Part shown: positions 52,659-62,356 of the stretch, in pieces | Layout of the letters: every line of letters starts with the position of its first letter | How positions within the stretch are numbered: the first letter of the stretch is position 1 | NCBI GenBank assembly: GCA_036379395.1 | Contig: DASVGR010000129.1 | Span: forward strand, 2,010 to 66,009 | DNA: 64,000 nucleotides | Direction: 5' to 3' | DNA from: Rhodanobacteraceae bacterium | GTDB lineage: Bacteria > Pseudomonadota > Gammaproteobacteria > Xanthomonadales > Rhodanobacteraceae | The notes under the pieces: generated by a model | What the model was told of the DNA's origin: nothing | The model's database searches: none | What the model saw: only the letters and a program-made list of their open reading frames with translations | Translations under genes and position numbers: made by a program

Positions 52659-53582
52659 TCAGGCCATGTCGGGGTAGTCGGCACACACGTAGTCGGCGCC
52701 GGCATCGGCCAGTTTTGCCAGTGCCGCCGGGTCGCCCAGGTTGACCGACCACGCGGCGCCTTGCAGACGATGCCGCGCCAGTTCGGCCATCCGCGGCGGC
52801 GCAAGGTCGCGATAGTAGGGAAACCATGCGCTGCCGCCGGCCGCGGCGATGGCGGCCGGCCGGCTGCCGCCAAAACGGCGCGGATCGAAGCCGCCAAACC
52901 AGGGCGCGTTGCCCTTGGCAAAGGCGTCGCGCAAGGCGGCCAGTTCGTCTGCGGCGGGCGGAATGTCGGCTGCGGGCGGCGTGCCGGCGTTGAACCAGCT
53001 CAGCGGCGAGCTGGTGAACCAGGTGGCGAGTGTCGGCTGGCACTGTCGCGCGTAAACCAGGCTGCCCCAGTCAAACGAGCACAGGATGGCGCGGTCGAGA
53101 AAATCCGCCTGTTTGATGACGGCAAGCGTCGCGTCCACCAGATCGAGCCACGGCCGGGATGCCGCGGTCAGCAGCGGCGTCTTGATTTCGACCACCAGAC
53201 AAAACGTGTCCGACTGCGCCCGGACCAGTGCGATGACGTCGGCCAGGCGCGGAATGCGCTGGTCCGGCATCGGCGTGATGCGCGGATAGCGGTGCGCGTA
53301 GGCGCTGCCCGGCCGGGGCGTGCCGATGTCGAAGGCTTGCAGTTGCGCCAGCGTTGAATCGGCCAGCGTGAGGGCATGCTCCTTGTCGATCCACTGGCCG
53401 TCGGCGGCGCGGCAATAGCCGGGGTTGAGCTTGTCGTCATGGTGCACGACCACTTCGCCGTCACGCGTCAAATGGACGTCCAATTCGGCACCGGCGGCGC
53501 CGAGGACGATGGCGTTGGCAAACGCGGCCAGGGTGTTTTCCACGCGCAGGCCGCTGCCGCCGCGATGTGCGATGTATTGCAT
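52659..53582 (-). CDS. Glycerophosphodiester phosphodiesterase (cytoplasmic)
   Basis: IAHRGG, ENTLAAF, ELDVHLTRDG..VVHHD, EIK, SFD, WSVN, DYP. Confidence 0.9.
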   Translation of the reverse strand: MQYIAHRGGSGLRVENTLAAFANAIVLGAAGAELDVHLTRDGEVVVHHDDKLNPGYCRAADGQWIDKEHALTLADSTLAQLQAFDIGTPRPGSAYAHRYPRITPMPDQRIPRLADVIALVRAQSDTFCLVVEIKTPLLTAASRPWLDLVDATLAVIKQADFLDRAILCSFDWGSLVYARQCQPTLATWFTSSPLSWFNAGTPPAADIPPAADELAALRDAFAKGNAPWFGGFDPRRFGGSRPAAIAAAGGSAWFPYYRDLAPPRMAELARHRLQGAAWSVNLGDPAALAKLADAGADYVCADYPDMA

Positions 53583-53609
53583 GGCGTGTCTCCGAAGGGG
53601 ATGACCAAT

Positions 53610-54455
53610 CTATGTCCTGGGCACGTAGGCGCCGGCAAAGCCGCGCATCGGGTCGCCGTAGATGTCGACCAGCTGGTGCGCCGGTGCCCACAATTGCATG
53701 AACGCCTCCACCTGCGCGGGGCTGCCGACCAGACAGCCGATCTTGACGCGTCCGTCGCGGGCCTTGACGGCCGAGATGCAGCAACAGTCCTCGTGCGCGG
53801 CGACGATGGGCAATTCGGCAATGTGCCGGCCGCGCAGATCGACCGCTTCCATGCCGTTGCCCAGCGCCAGTCGCGGCGCCCGGTGGATGGCGGCGAAGCC
53901 GGTTTCGATGTCGCGCCGAAGCGCCGCGGGCGGGCGTTTTTCGAACGCGGCACGGGCGGCGATGTGCCAGTCGAGCAGGGCGGCCGGATCGACGCCGGGG
54001 CACAGGCCCCGATAGGCCGCGCCCAGGCAATGGTCGGCGGCCGCGATCATGCGCAGCTGCGGCGTGACGGTCATGCCGCCGGGTTGCAGGCGGGCGATGA
54101 CGGCGATGGTCTGGCCCAGACTGGATGCCGGCCAGTACTCGTCTGGCGGGCGGCCGTAGCCGGGATCGCCGGGATGGTGATGATCGATGCGGCGCGTGCC
54201 GGGAACCGCGTCACCGACACATTCGACCAGATACACGGTCGCGCCCGCAGCCAGCGCTTCCCCGGCCGCCACGGGCAATGGCGCGCGATAGGCGTTGGCC
54301 GGATGGACCCGCTTGCCGTCGACGCGGGCGTGGGTAAAAGCATGGCTGCCGTCGGCCAGCAGGCGTTCGATGGCGCGCATTTCGGGATCGGCGGCGCCAA
54401 GGACGAAAAAGGCGCCCGGTGGCGATTGGGACGCCATGGGGGGAACGGCATTCAT
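53610..54455 (-). CDS. DHH-like phosphoesterase (NrN-like)
   Basis: FVLGAADPEM, VYLVE, IDHH, SSLGQ, IAAADH. Real start MNAVPP (54455) or MASQ lies inside the longer listed ORF. Confidence 0.6.
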   Translation of the reverse strand: MNAVPPMASQSPPGAFFVLGAADPEMRAIERLLADGSHAFTHARVDGKRVHPANAYRAPLPVAAGEALAAGATVYLVECVGDAVPGTRRIDHHHPGDPGYGRPPDEYWPASSLGQTIAVIARLQPGGMTVTPQLRMIAAADHCLGAAYRGLCPGVDPAALLDWHIAARAAFEKRPPAALRRDIETGFAAIHRAPRLALGNGMEAVDLRGRHIAELPIVAAHEDCCCISAVKARDGRVKIGCLVGSPAQVEAFMQLWAPAHQLVDIYGDPMRGFAGAYVPRT

Positions 54456-54523
54456 TGCAAGGTCGCGCAGGGGTCTTTGTCCATGATGCACCCTGCGCGA
54501 CGGAGGTGGCGGACCGGAGCCGG

Positions 54524-54937
54524 TCAGTGTCCGGTCGGTGCGCCCTGCAGCGCCTTGGCCGCCTTGGCAGCGTCCTTGTGCACGGTCTCGAGTCGGGTGG
54601 CCTTGAGTCCGGCGCGGGCGTCGGCAAGCGCCTTTTTCAGCTGGCCGTGCAGCACCGGCTCGGCGGCCGAATCGGGCAGGGCGCCGTTGCCCTGGCCCTT
54701 GCAGGGATCGCCGGCAGCGGCATTGAACCCGCGCCCCGCGGCGCCGACCAGACAATTGACGACATGGTGCAGATGCCTGTGCGCCATGTCCACGGATGTC
54801 GCGCCCTGCGCCATCAAGGCGTGCACGTGGGCGGTGGCGACTTCCTTGTTGGCGGATGATGGCGATTGCGCCATGGCCACGCAGGCCAGCGTGCCGCCCA
54901 GGACGCCGAAGATGGCGCTTGCAAGCCGTTTGTTCAT
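54524..54937 (-). CDS. Secreted His-rich helical hypothetical protein
   Basis: GGAGGGAG RBS, signal peptide (AMA|Q), AHRHLHHVVNCLVG...DPC. Confidence 0.75.
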   Translation of the reverse strand: MNKRLASAIFGVLGGTLACVAMAQSPSSANKEVATAHVHALMAQGATSVDMAHRHLHHVVNCLVGAAGRGFNAAAGDPCKGQGNGALPDSAAEPVLHGQLKKALADARAGLKATRLETVHKDAAKAAKALQGAPTGH

Positions 54938-55076
54938 GACAATCTCCCTCCAAGTGACGTGTCAGGAGTTTTCCAGCCTACGCGGCCAGGATTGCGGGCG
55001 ACACCCGCGAGGCAATGCCGTTCAGATGAGGTTTACGCATGGTTGGAAAAACAACAAGATGGAGGCCATTTCATGG

Positions 55077-55105
55077 TTGCCCGATGTTTGCCGCGCAGGT
55101 ATCAT
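55077..55105 (+). promoter_or_regulatory. Sigma-70 promoter for the rimP operon leader
   Basis: TTGCCC-N17-TATCAT. Confidence 0.6.
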
Positions 55106-55190
55106 TCACCTTCTGGTTGTCCTAGAAACAGGGCGATGGGCGCTTTTGCCACTGATTGGCGCAAGCGCCGCGAGAACTTTCTTTTGCGAG

Positions 55191-55217
55191 AAAGCCTCCT
55201 GTGGAGGCTTTTTTGTT
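55191..55217 (+). terminator. Terminator/attenuator 1 upstream of rimP
   Basis: AAAGCCTCC-TGT-GGAGGCTTT-TTTGTT. Confidence 0.75.
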
Positions 55218-55303
55218 GGACGTACGACAGCGGCGGCGTGCGAATTCGGCAACATGACCGGTTTGCCCGCCCTTGGCACGGATACGCGCCGCGCGCGCAG
55301 TGG

Positions 55304-55328
55304 ATGGGCGTTGCGCCCATTTTTTGTT
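55304..55328 (+). terminator. Terminator/attenuator 2 (rimP-leader type)
   Basis: ATGGGCG-TTG-CGCCCAT-TTTTTGTT, 26 nt before the rimP start. Confidence 0.7.
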
Positions 55329-55354
55329 GGCAATGACGGGACCGCGGAGGTCTT

Positions 55355-55888
55355 TTGGATACACAGGCACTGGCCCGACGTTTCAACCCCGCCCTGGCCG
55401 ATCTGGGCCTCGAATGCGCGGGTGTGGAGTGGTTGCCCGCACAGGGGCAGGGCACGTTGCGCGTGTATATCGAAAACCCCGAACGCGAAGTCGGCATCGA
55501 GGATTGCGAAGCCGCCAGCCGCGAGCTGTCGACCCTGCTGGATGTCGACGACCCGATCCCTGGCCAGTACGCGCTGGAAGTGTCCTCGCCGGGCCTGGAC
55601 CGGCCGTTGTTCACGCCGGAGCAATTCGAGCGCTTCGTGGACAACGAAATCAAGTTGACGCTGTCTGCTCCGGTGGACGGTCGGCGCCGTTTTCGCGGAC
55701 ACATTCGCGGCGTGGATGGCCAGCTCATCCGGATGGAACTGGATGATGGCAACCCGTTCGAATTCGAGCATGACGCCGTGGAAAGCGCGCGCATCGTGCC
55801 CGATTGGGTGGCTCTGGGCCTGGCCCCGGCACCCAAACCCAATGCCGGCAAAAGTGGCGGGCGGAAGCGCCGCAAAAAGACGGATTGA
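55355..55888 (+). CDS. rimP: Ribosome maturation factor RimP
   Basis: [35 protein letters not shown]; GGAGG RBS with TTG start. Confidence 0.95.
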   Translation: MDTQALARRFNPALADLGLECAGVEWLPAQGQGTLRVYIENPEREVGIEDCEAASRELSTLLDVDDPIPGQYALEVSSPGLDRPLFTPEQFERFVDNEIKLTLSAPVDGRRRFRGHIRGVDGQLIRMELDDGNPFEFEHDAVESARIVPDWVALGLAPAPKPNAGKSGGRKRRKKTD

Positions 55889-55927
55889 AACTGACAACGG
55901 GCGCGACCTGCCCGCGGAGACGTGACG

Positions 55928-57433
55928 ATGAGCAAAGAATTGTTGCTGGTGGCCGATGCGGTGGCACACGAAAAAGACGTGCCGCTGGACACCATCTTCG
56001 AAGCCCTTGAAGCGGCGCTGGCGTCGGCGGCCAAGAAACGTTGGCCGGAAGAAGACGCCGACGTGCGCGTGGCGATCGACCGCGAGACCGGCGACTACGA
56101 AACGTTCCGGCGCTGGGAGATCGTGGCCGACGACGTCGAAATGGAATCGCCCTATCGCCAGATCCGCCTGATGGACGCCGTCGACGAGCGCGAAGGCGCG
56201 CAGGTCGGCGAGTACATCGAGGAGCAGGTCGAAAACGCCAAGTTCGGACGCATCGCCGCGCAGGCCGCCAAGCAGGTCATCGTGCAGCGCGTGCGCGAAG
56301 CCGAGCGCATGCAGGTGGTCGAGGCCTATCAGGATCGCGTCGGCGAACTTCTGACCGGCATCGTCAAGCGCGTCGAGCGCGGCAACGTTTATCTGGATCT
56401 GGGCGCCAACGCCGAGGCCTTCGTGCCGCGCGACAGGGCCATCGCACGTGAGCCGGTGCGCGTGGGCGACCGCTTGCGCGGCTATCTGTACGAAGTGCGT
56501 TCGGAAGTGCGCGGGCCGCAGCTGTTCGTGTCGCGCACCGATCCGCGTTTCATGATCGAACTGTTCAACCTGGAAGTGCCCGAAGTGGGCCAGGGCCTGG
56601 TCGAGATCAAGGATTGCGCCCGCGATCCGGGTGATCGCGCCAAGATCGCCGTGGTCGCGCACGATTCGCGCACCGATCCCATCGGCGCCTGCATCGGCAT
56701 GCGCGGTTCGCGCGTGCAGGCGGTGTCCAACGAGCTCAACGGCGAGCGCGTGGACATCATCCTGTGGGACGAAAACCCCGCGCAGTTCGTCATCAACGCC
56801 ATGGCGCCGGCCGAAGTGCAGTCCATCATCATGGACGAAGACAAGCATTCCATGGACGTCGCGGTAGCCGAGGACAAACTGTCCCAGGCCATCGGCCGCG
56901 GCGGCCAGAACGTGCGCCTGGCCAGCAAGCTGACTGGCTGGCAGCTCAACGTGATGACGCAGGAAGCCGTCGCCGCCAAGAGCGAGGCCGAACAGCAGGC
57001 CGCGCTGGAGCTGTTCATGGACAAGCTGGAAGTCGATCAGGAAATCGCCGGCATCCTGGTGCAGGAAGGTTTTTCCAGCATCGAGGAAATCGCCTACGTG
57101 CCGACGGCGGAACTGCTGTCGGTGGAAGGCTTTGACGAAGGCATCGTCGAGGAACTGCGTTCGCGTGCGCGCGATTCGCTGCTGACCGAGGCGCTGGCCG
57201 TCGAGGAAGTCGTGGACGATCATCAGCCGGCCGAAGACCTGCTGGCACTGGACGGCATGGACGAGGAGCTGGCCTACACGCTGGCCGCGCGTGGCGTCGT
57301 CACTGCCGACGACCTTGGCGAACTGGCCGTCGACGACATCATCGATATCGAAGGCATGGACGAAGAACGGGCTGCCGCCCTCATCATGGCTGCGCGTGCG
57401 CCGATGATCGAGCGCCTGGAGCAGGGTGGCTGA
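55928..57433 (+). CDS. nusA: Transcription termination/antitermination factor NusA
   Basis: [14 protein letters not shown]1 domain, [36 protein letters not shown]1/AR2. Confidence 0.98.
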   Translation: MSKELLLVADAVAHEKDVPLDTIFEALEAALASAAKKRWPEEDADVRVAIDRETGDYETFRRWEIVADDVEMESPYRQIRLMDAVDEREGAQVGEYIEEQVENAKFGRIAAQAAKQVIVQRVREAERMQVVEAYQDRVGELLTGIVKRVERGNVYLDLGANAEAFVPRDRAIAREPVRVGDRLRGYLYEVRSEVRGPQLFVSRTDPRFMIELFNLEVPEVGQGLVEIKDCARDPGDRAKIAVVAHDSRTDPIGACIGMRGSRVQAVSNELNGERVDIILWDENPAQFVINAMAPAEVQSIIMDEDKHSMDVAVAEDKLSQAIGRGGQNVRLASKLTGWQLNVMTQEAVAAKSEAEQQAALELFMDKLEVDQEIAGILVQEGFSSIEEIAYVPTAELLSVEGFDEGIVEELRSRARDSLLTEALAVEEVVDDHQPAEDLLALDGMDEELAYTLAARGVVTADDLGELAVDDIIDIEGMDEERAAALIMAARAPMIERLEQGG

Positions 57434-57558
57434 CGTTCAAGGCCACGTCCTGGATGGGCGTGCCGGGAAGGTGTGATTCCTTCCACCATGGATGGCCTCC
57501 CCGACCGGCTTGAGCCGGTACGGAGCCAGAACGCACAGACGCGGAGAATAAGAGAACC

Positions 57559-60477
57559 ATGTCAGAAGTCACCATCAAGCAATTGGCCGAGCTCCTGGGC
57601 ACGCCAGCCGACAAGCTGCTGGCGCAGCTTGGCGAAGCGGGCATGCAGTTCTCCAATCCCGATCAAGTGGTCAGCAACGACGAAAAGTCGAAGCTGCTCG
57701 CGCATTTGCGCAGCAATCACGGCAAGAGTGCCGCGGCCGAGACGGGCAAGACCGCCACCCCGCACAAGATCACCCTGCGCCGCCGTCAGGTGAGTGAATT
57801 GAAAGTGTCGACCGCCAGTGGTCGGGGCCGTGGCAGTACCTCCAAGACCGTCAACGTTGAAGTGCGCTCCAAGCGCACGTATGTCAAACGTGCCGCGCTT
57901 GCCGATGACGCCACGGCTGCCAGCGAGCGCGAGGAAGCGCGGCGCAAATTGCAGGAATCGCAGGAGCGGACCGCGCGCGAGGAAGCCGAGCGCCTGGAAC
58001 ATGAACAGCGGCGCGCGCAGCAGGCGGCGGCCAAGTCGGAAACGGCGGTGCCGGATGCGGTCGCCGACGCGACCGAAGCGGTATCCGAGCCGGTGGCCGA
58101 AGTGGCGCCTGTCGAGACGGACAAGGTTGCCCCGGAACCGGAAGCCGAACCCGTGGCCGAGGAGCCGGTGATCGTGGAGCCCGAGGCGATGGTCGAGTCG
58201 GAGCCGGAGACGGCTGGCGTTGCCGCCACGGCCGAGGCGGACGCCGAGCCTGTGGCCGAGCCGGTTTCCGAACCGGAAGCCGCGGTGTCGACGGACGGTG
58301 AAAAGACTTCGAAGGCGTCGAAGACGGCCCCTTCCGCCAAGACCGGGGACGTCGACAAGGATGCGTGGAAGACGCCGGTCATGCCGCAGGTCTACGAGCG
58401 CCACAAGCGCAAGCCGAAACCGGCCGTGGTCAAGCCGGCCGCCAAGCCGGCGGCAAAGAAACCCGAGCCGGCCAAGCCGGCAGCGGCGGCCAAGACCGAC
58501 GCGTCGCCGTCGCGTGGCAGCCGACGCGGTGACCATGGTCGTGACCGGGACGACAGCGAGCGCAACGGACGTCGCGTCGGCGCCGGCAAGTTGCATTTGA
58601 GCGAAGGCGAGCGCGCGCGGCGTTCCAGCGGCGGTCGCCGCAGGCGTGGCGCCGATGCGGGGTCGTCCGCCGTCGGCACGGGCACGCATGGCTTCTCCAA
58701 GCCGACCGCACCGGTCGTGCGCGAAGTGGCCGTGGGTGATGCCAACATCGTCAGCGATCTGGCCCAGAAGATGGCCGTCAAGGGCGCCGAGGTGGTCAAG
58801 GCGTTGTTCAAGATGGGCGTCATGGCGACCATCAACCAGACGGTCGACCATGACACCGCCGTGCTGGTGGTCGAGGAACTGGGCCACAAGGTGGTCGAGG
58901 CCGAAGACAAGGGCGCCGAGGCGACCTTGCTCGAGCGCACCGCGACCGTGGAGGATGCCGGCGAGAAGCTGCCGCGTCCGCCGGTGGTGACCATCATGGG
59001 CCATGTCGACCATGGCAAGACGTCGCTGCTGGACCACATCCGTCGCACCAAGGTGGCGTCGGGCGAGGCCGGCGGCATCACGCAGCACATCGGTGCCTAC
59101 CACGTGACCACGCCGAAGGGCGTCATCACGTTCCTGGACACCCCCGGGCACGCCGCGTTCACTTCGATGCGCGCGCGCGGTGCCCATTCGACCGACATCG
59201 TGGTGCTGGTGGTGGCGGCCGACGACGGCGTCAAGCCGCAGACCGTCGAGGCGATCACGCTGGCGCACGACGCCAAGGTGCCGCTGATTGTCGCCATCAA
59301 CAAGATCGACAAGTCCGGCGCCAACATCGACAACGTCAAGCAGGGTCTGGCCGGCCACGAAGTGGTGCCGGAAGACTGGGGTGGTGACACGGCGTTCGTG
59401 CCGCTGTCGGCCAAGACCGGCCAGGGCATTGACGATTTGCTCGACGCCATCAGCCTGCAGGCCGAAGTGATGGAGCTGGCGGCCGTGATCGACGGTCCGG
59501 CCAGCGGCACGGTGATCGAGTCGCGGCTGGATCGCGGCCGCGGCCCGGTGGCCACGGTGCTGGTGCAGAACGGTACCTTGAAGAAGGGCGATTTCGTGGT
59601 GTGTGGCGTCGAATACGGCCGCATGCGCGCGCTCGTCGACGAAAACGGCAAGCGTACCGACAGTGCCGGCCCGTCCATTCCGGTGCAGGTGCTGGGCTTG
59701 TCCGGCGTGCCCAATGCCGGTGACGATTTCGTGGTCGTGGCCGACGAGAAGCTGGCCAAGCAGGTGGCCGAGGAGCGCGCCCAGCGGCGTCGCGAGACGC
59801 GTCTGGTCGGCAAGGCCAACCGTCTGGAAGACATCATCGCGCAGATGGGCAAGGGCGATCAGCAGCAGGTGCTGAACATCCTGGTCAAGGCCGACGTGCA
59901 AGGTTCGGCCGAGGCGTTGCGCGAGTCGCTCAGCGCGATCGGCAACGAGAACGTCAAGGTCAACGTCGTGGCTTCCGGCGTCGGCGGCATCACCGAGTCC
60001 GATGCCACGCTGGCCGCCGCCTCCAAGGCACTGCTGATCGGCTTCAACGTGCGTGCCGATGCTTCGGCGCGCAAGGTGGTCGAAACCAGCAACGTCGACA
60101 TGCGCTACTTCTCGATCATCTATGACGTGATCGATCAGGTGACGCAGGCTGCGACCGGTTTGCTGGGCGTGGAAATCCGCGAGGAAATCATCGGCACGGC
60201 CGAGGTGCTGCAGGTGTTCCGCAGCTCCAAGCTGGGTGCGGTGGCCGGCTCCATGGTGGCCGAGGGCGTGATGCGCCACAACAAGCCGATCCGCGTTTTG
60301 CGCGACAACACCGTCATCTTCGAAGGCGAGTTGCAGTCGCTGCGCCGGCACAAGGACAACGTCGAGGAAGTGCATGCCGGCACCGAGTGCGGCATTGCCG
60401 TCAAGGAATACAACGACGTGCAGCCGGGTGACCAGATCGAGTGCTTCGAGCGCATCGAAGTGGCGAGGACGCTGTAA
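57559..60477 (+). CDS. infB: Translation initiation factor IF-2
   Basis: [45 protein letters not shown]. Confidence 0.98.
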   Translation: MSEVTIKQLAELLGTPADKLLAQLGEAGMQFSNPDQVVSNDEKSKLLAHLRSNHGKSAAAETGKTATPHKITLRRRQVSELKVSTASGRGRGSTSKTVNVEVRSKRTYVKRAALADDATAASEREEARRKLQESQERTAREEAERLEHEQRRAQQAAAKSETAVPDAVADATEAVSEPVAEVAPVETDKVAPEPEAEPVAEEPVIVEPEAMVESEPETAGVAATAEADAEPVAEPVSEPEAAVSTDGEKTSKASKTAPSAKTGDVDKDAWKTPVMPQVYERHKRKPKPAVVKPAAKPAAKKPEPAKPAAAAKTDASPSRGSRRGDHGRDRDDSERNGRRVGAGKLHLSEGERARRSSGGRRRRGADAGSSAVGTGTHGFSKPTAPVVREVAVGDANIVSDLAQKMAVKGAEVVKALFKMGVMATINQTVDHDTAVLVVEELGHKVVEAEDKGAEATLLERTATVEDAGEKLPRPPVVTIMGHVDHGKTSLLDHIRRTKVASGEAGGITQHIGAYHVTTPKGVITFLDTPGHAAFTSMRARGAHSTDIVVLVVAADDGVKPQTVEAITLAHDAKVPLIVAINKIDKSGANIDNVKQGLAGHEVVPEDWGGDTAFVPLSAKTGQGIDDLLDAISLQAEVMELAAVIDGPASGTVIESRLDRGRGPVATVLVQNGTLKKGDFVVCGVEYGRMRALVDENGKRTDSAGPSIPVQVLGLSGVPNAGDDFVVVADEKLAKQVAEERAQRRRETRLVGKANRLEDIIAQMGKGDQQQVLNILVKADVQGSAEALRESLSAIGNENVKVNVVASGVGGITESDATLAAASKALLIGFNVRADASARKVVETSNVDMRYFSIIYDVIDQVTQAATGLLGVEIREEIIGTAEVLQVFRSSKLGAVAGSMVAEGVMRHNKPIRVLRDNTVIFEGELQSLRRHKDNVEEVHAGTECGIAVKEYNDVQPGDQIECFERIEVARTL

Positions 60478-60480
60478 GCC

Positions 60481-60822
60481 ATGCCGTCGCGCGATTTCAA
60501 ACGCATCGACCGCATCAACGCGCAAATGCGCCGCGAGCTGGGTCAGATCGTGCACCAGGCGGTGCGCGATGAAGGCCTGCCGCTGGTCAGTGTGTGCGAC
60601 GTCGAGACCACCAAGGATCTCGACGTCGCCACGGTGTGGGTGACCACGCTGGATCCGGCGGCTGCCACCGAGGCGGTCAAGGCATTGCGTGAAATGGCGC
60701 CCGAGCTGCGTTACGAGCTGGCGCACGCCATGCGCCTGCGTCGCGTGCCCGAGTTGCGCTTCAAGTACGACGATTCCATCGACAAGGGCGAACGCATTGA
60801 TTCGCTGCTGCGCGATGAATGA
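60481..60822 (+). CDS. rbfA: Ribosome-binding factor A
   Basis: R..RINAQMRREL, KDLDVA, LRRVPELRFKYDDS. Confidence 0.95.
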   Translation: MPSRDFKRIDRINAQMRRELGQIVHQAVRDEGLPLVSVCDVETTKDLDVATVWVTTLDPAAATEAVKALREMAPELRYELAHAMRLRRVPELRFKYDDSIDKGERIDSLLRDE

Positions 60823-60975
60823 GAACCGCGGGCAGGCGTGAGGCCTGGCCGCTCTGCCGGGTTGGTCGGCAAGGAACCATGCGGTCTGCGCGGCGGTGCC
60901 TGGAATGTTTCCGGCCTTGCGGTTTTGCCTGTGCTGGCAGGCCATTCGTGCCAGTGACCTGTTTCGGACGCCATC

Positions 60976-61920
60976 ATGCGCAAGCAGCAATTTCGTCGAC
61001 CCAAACGTCCCGTCCACGGCATCCTGTTGCTGGACAAGCCGTTGGGCATGAGCTCCAACCAGGCGTTGCAGGCCTGCCGCCGGTTGTTGCAAGCCGACAA
61101 AGCCGGGCATACCGGCAGTCTCGATCCGCTGGCCACCGGCCTGTTGCCGCTGTGTTTCGGTGAAGCCACCAAAATTGCGGGCTTGTTGCTGGGCTCGCGC
61201 AAGGCGTATCTGGCGCGGTGCCAGTTGGGTGTCACCACGGCCACCCATGATGCCGAAGGCGAGGTGGTTCGCACGTGCCCGGTGCCAGCCTTGGACGAGA
61301 CGCAAATCCGCGCGGCGCTGGATGGCTTTGTCGGCCGCATCCGGCAGGTGCCGCCGGCCTACAGTGCGCTCAAGCGCGACGGTGTGCCCATGTACGTGCG
61401 GGCGCGGCGGGGTGAGGCGGTCGAGCTGGCCGCGCGTGAGGTCGACATCCATGCCATCGAATATCTCGGCCGCGAAGGTGATTGCCTGCAATTGCGCATC
61501 ACCTGCGGTTCAGGGACGTACATTCGTGCGTTGGCCCGCGATCTGGGAGAAAAACTCGGCTGCGGCGCCCATTTGACCGCGTTGCGGCGCTTGTGGGTCG
61601 ATCCATTCCATGAACCGGCCATGCTGACGTTGCCGCAGCTGCAGGCGCGGGCCACCACGCCTTCCGCATTGGATGGGCTGTTGCTGCCGGTCGATGCCGG
61701 CCTGGCCGCCATGCCTGCCGTGCATCTGGATGCGGACGGCAGTCTGGCGCTGACGCAAGGGCGCAGCGTGGTGCCCGCAAAGGCGCCACCAGTGGGTCAG
61801 TGCCGCGCCTATGCCGACGATGGGCGCTTGCTGGCATTGGCCGAACAACGTGCCGATGGCCGGCTGCATGTCGTGCGTGGTTTCAACTTGCCGGCACCTC
61901 AAGGCGCCGCATCGGCCTGA
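60976..61920 (+). CDS. truB: tRNA pseudouridine(55) synthase
   Basis: [42 protein letters not shown]. Confidence 0.97.
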   Translation: MRKQQFRRPKRPVHGILLLDKPLGMSSNQALQACRRLLQADKAGHTGSLDPLATGLLPLCFGEATKIAGLLLGSRKAYLARCQLGVTTATHDAEGEVVRTCPVPALDETQIRAALDGFVGRIRQVPPAYSALKRDGVPMYVRARRGEAVELAAREVDIHAIEYLGREGDCLQLRITCGSGTYIRALARDLGEKLGCGAHLTALRRLWVDPFHEPAMLTLPQLQARATTPSALDGLLLPVDAGLAAMPAVHLDADGSLALTQGRSVVPAKAPPVGQCRAYADDGRLLALAEQRADGRLHVVRGFNLPAPQGAASA

Positions 61921-61984
61921 TTGGCTTGTTGTTGCGGCCGCGTGCCCGCTACAATAATGCCCCTCCAGTGTGTTGTATTGGTTT

Positions 61985-62034
61985 CACGGGGTTTGCGCAG
62001 GTCCATCCACGGGTGAATCCGCGCAAGCCTCGTG
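61985..62034 (+). promoter_or_regulatory. Long hairpin in rpsO 5' leader (candidate S15 autoregulatory element)
   Basis: CACGGGGTTTGCGC ... GCGCAAGCCTCGTG inverted repeat, downstream of TACAAT (61950) and just upstream of the RBS. Confidence 0.5.
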
Positions 62035-62060
62035 CGTATTGTTTTCTGAGGAATCGAAGC

Positions 62061-62330
62061 ATGTCCCTGACGGTTGAACAGACCAGCAAAATCATCGCCG
62101 AGTACGGCCACGCCCCCAACGATACCGGTTCGCCGGAAGTCCAGGTGGCGCTGCTGACGGCTCGTATTGTCCACCTGACCGAGCATTTCAAGAGCCACAA
62201 GCAGGATCATCATTCCCGTCGCGGTCTGCTGAAGCTGGTCAACCAGCGCAAGCGCCTGCTGGGTTATCTGAAACAGAATGACAGCACCCGTTACCAGACG
62301 TTGATTGAACGCCTCGGCCTGCGTCGCTGA
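62061..62330 (+). CDS. rpsO: 30S ribosomal protein S15
   Basis: [35 protein letters not shown]. Confidence 0.98.
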   Translation: MSLTVEQTSKIIAEYGHAPNDTGSPEVQVALLTARIVHLTEHFKSHKQDHHSRRGLLKLVNQRKRLLGYLKQNDSTRYQTLIERLGLRR

Positions 62331-62356
62331 TAGTCCACGTCGAGGAGAATTCAAAG

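Noticed and set aside
53610-54953. 447-aa ORF as a single gene
   Set aside because: Its 5' part overlaps the better-supported 137-aa secreted protein in another frame.
55106-55217. tRNA-Met upstream of rimP
   Set aside because: No cloverleaf, TTCRA T-loop or CCA end.
58040-58500. EPVAE and AAKP repeats in infB
   Set aside because: Ordinary variable low-complexity IF2 N-terminal linker.
57562-61491. Very long antisense ORFs (also 15813-19493, 27637-30423, 3417-6113 and same-strand off-frame 650-3727)
   Set aside because: Typical high-GC shadow ORFs over well-supported genes; no recognisable domains.
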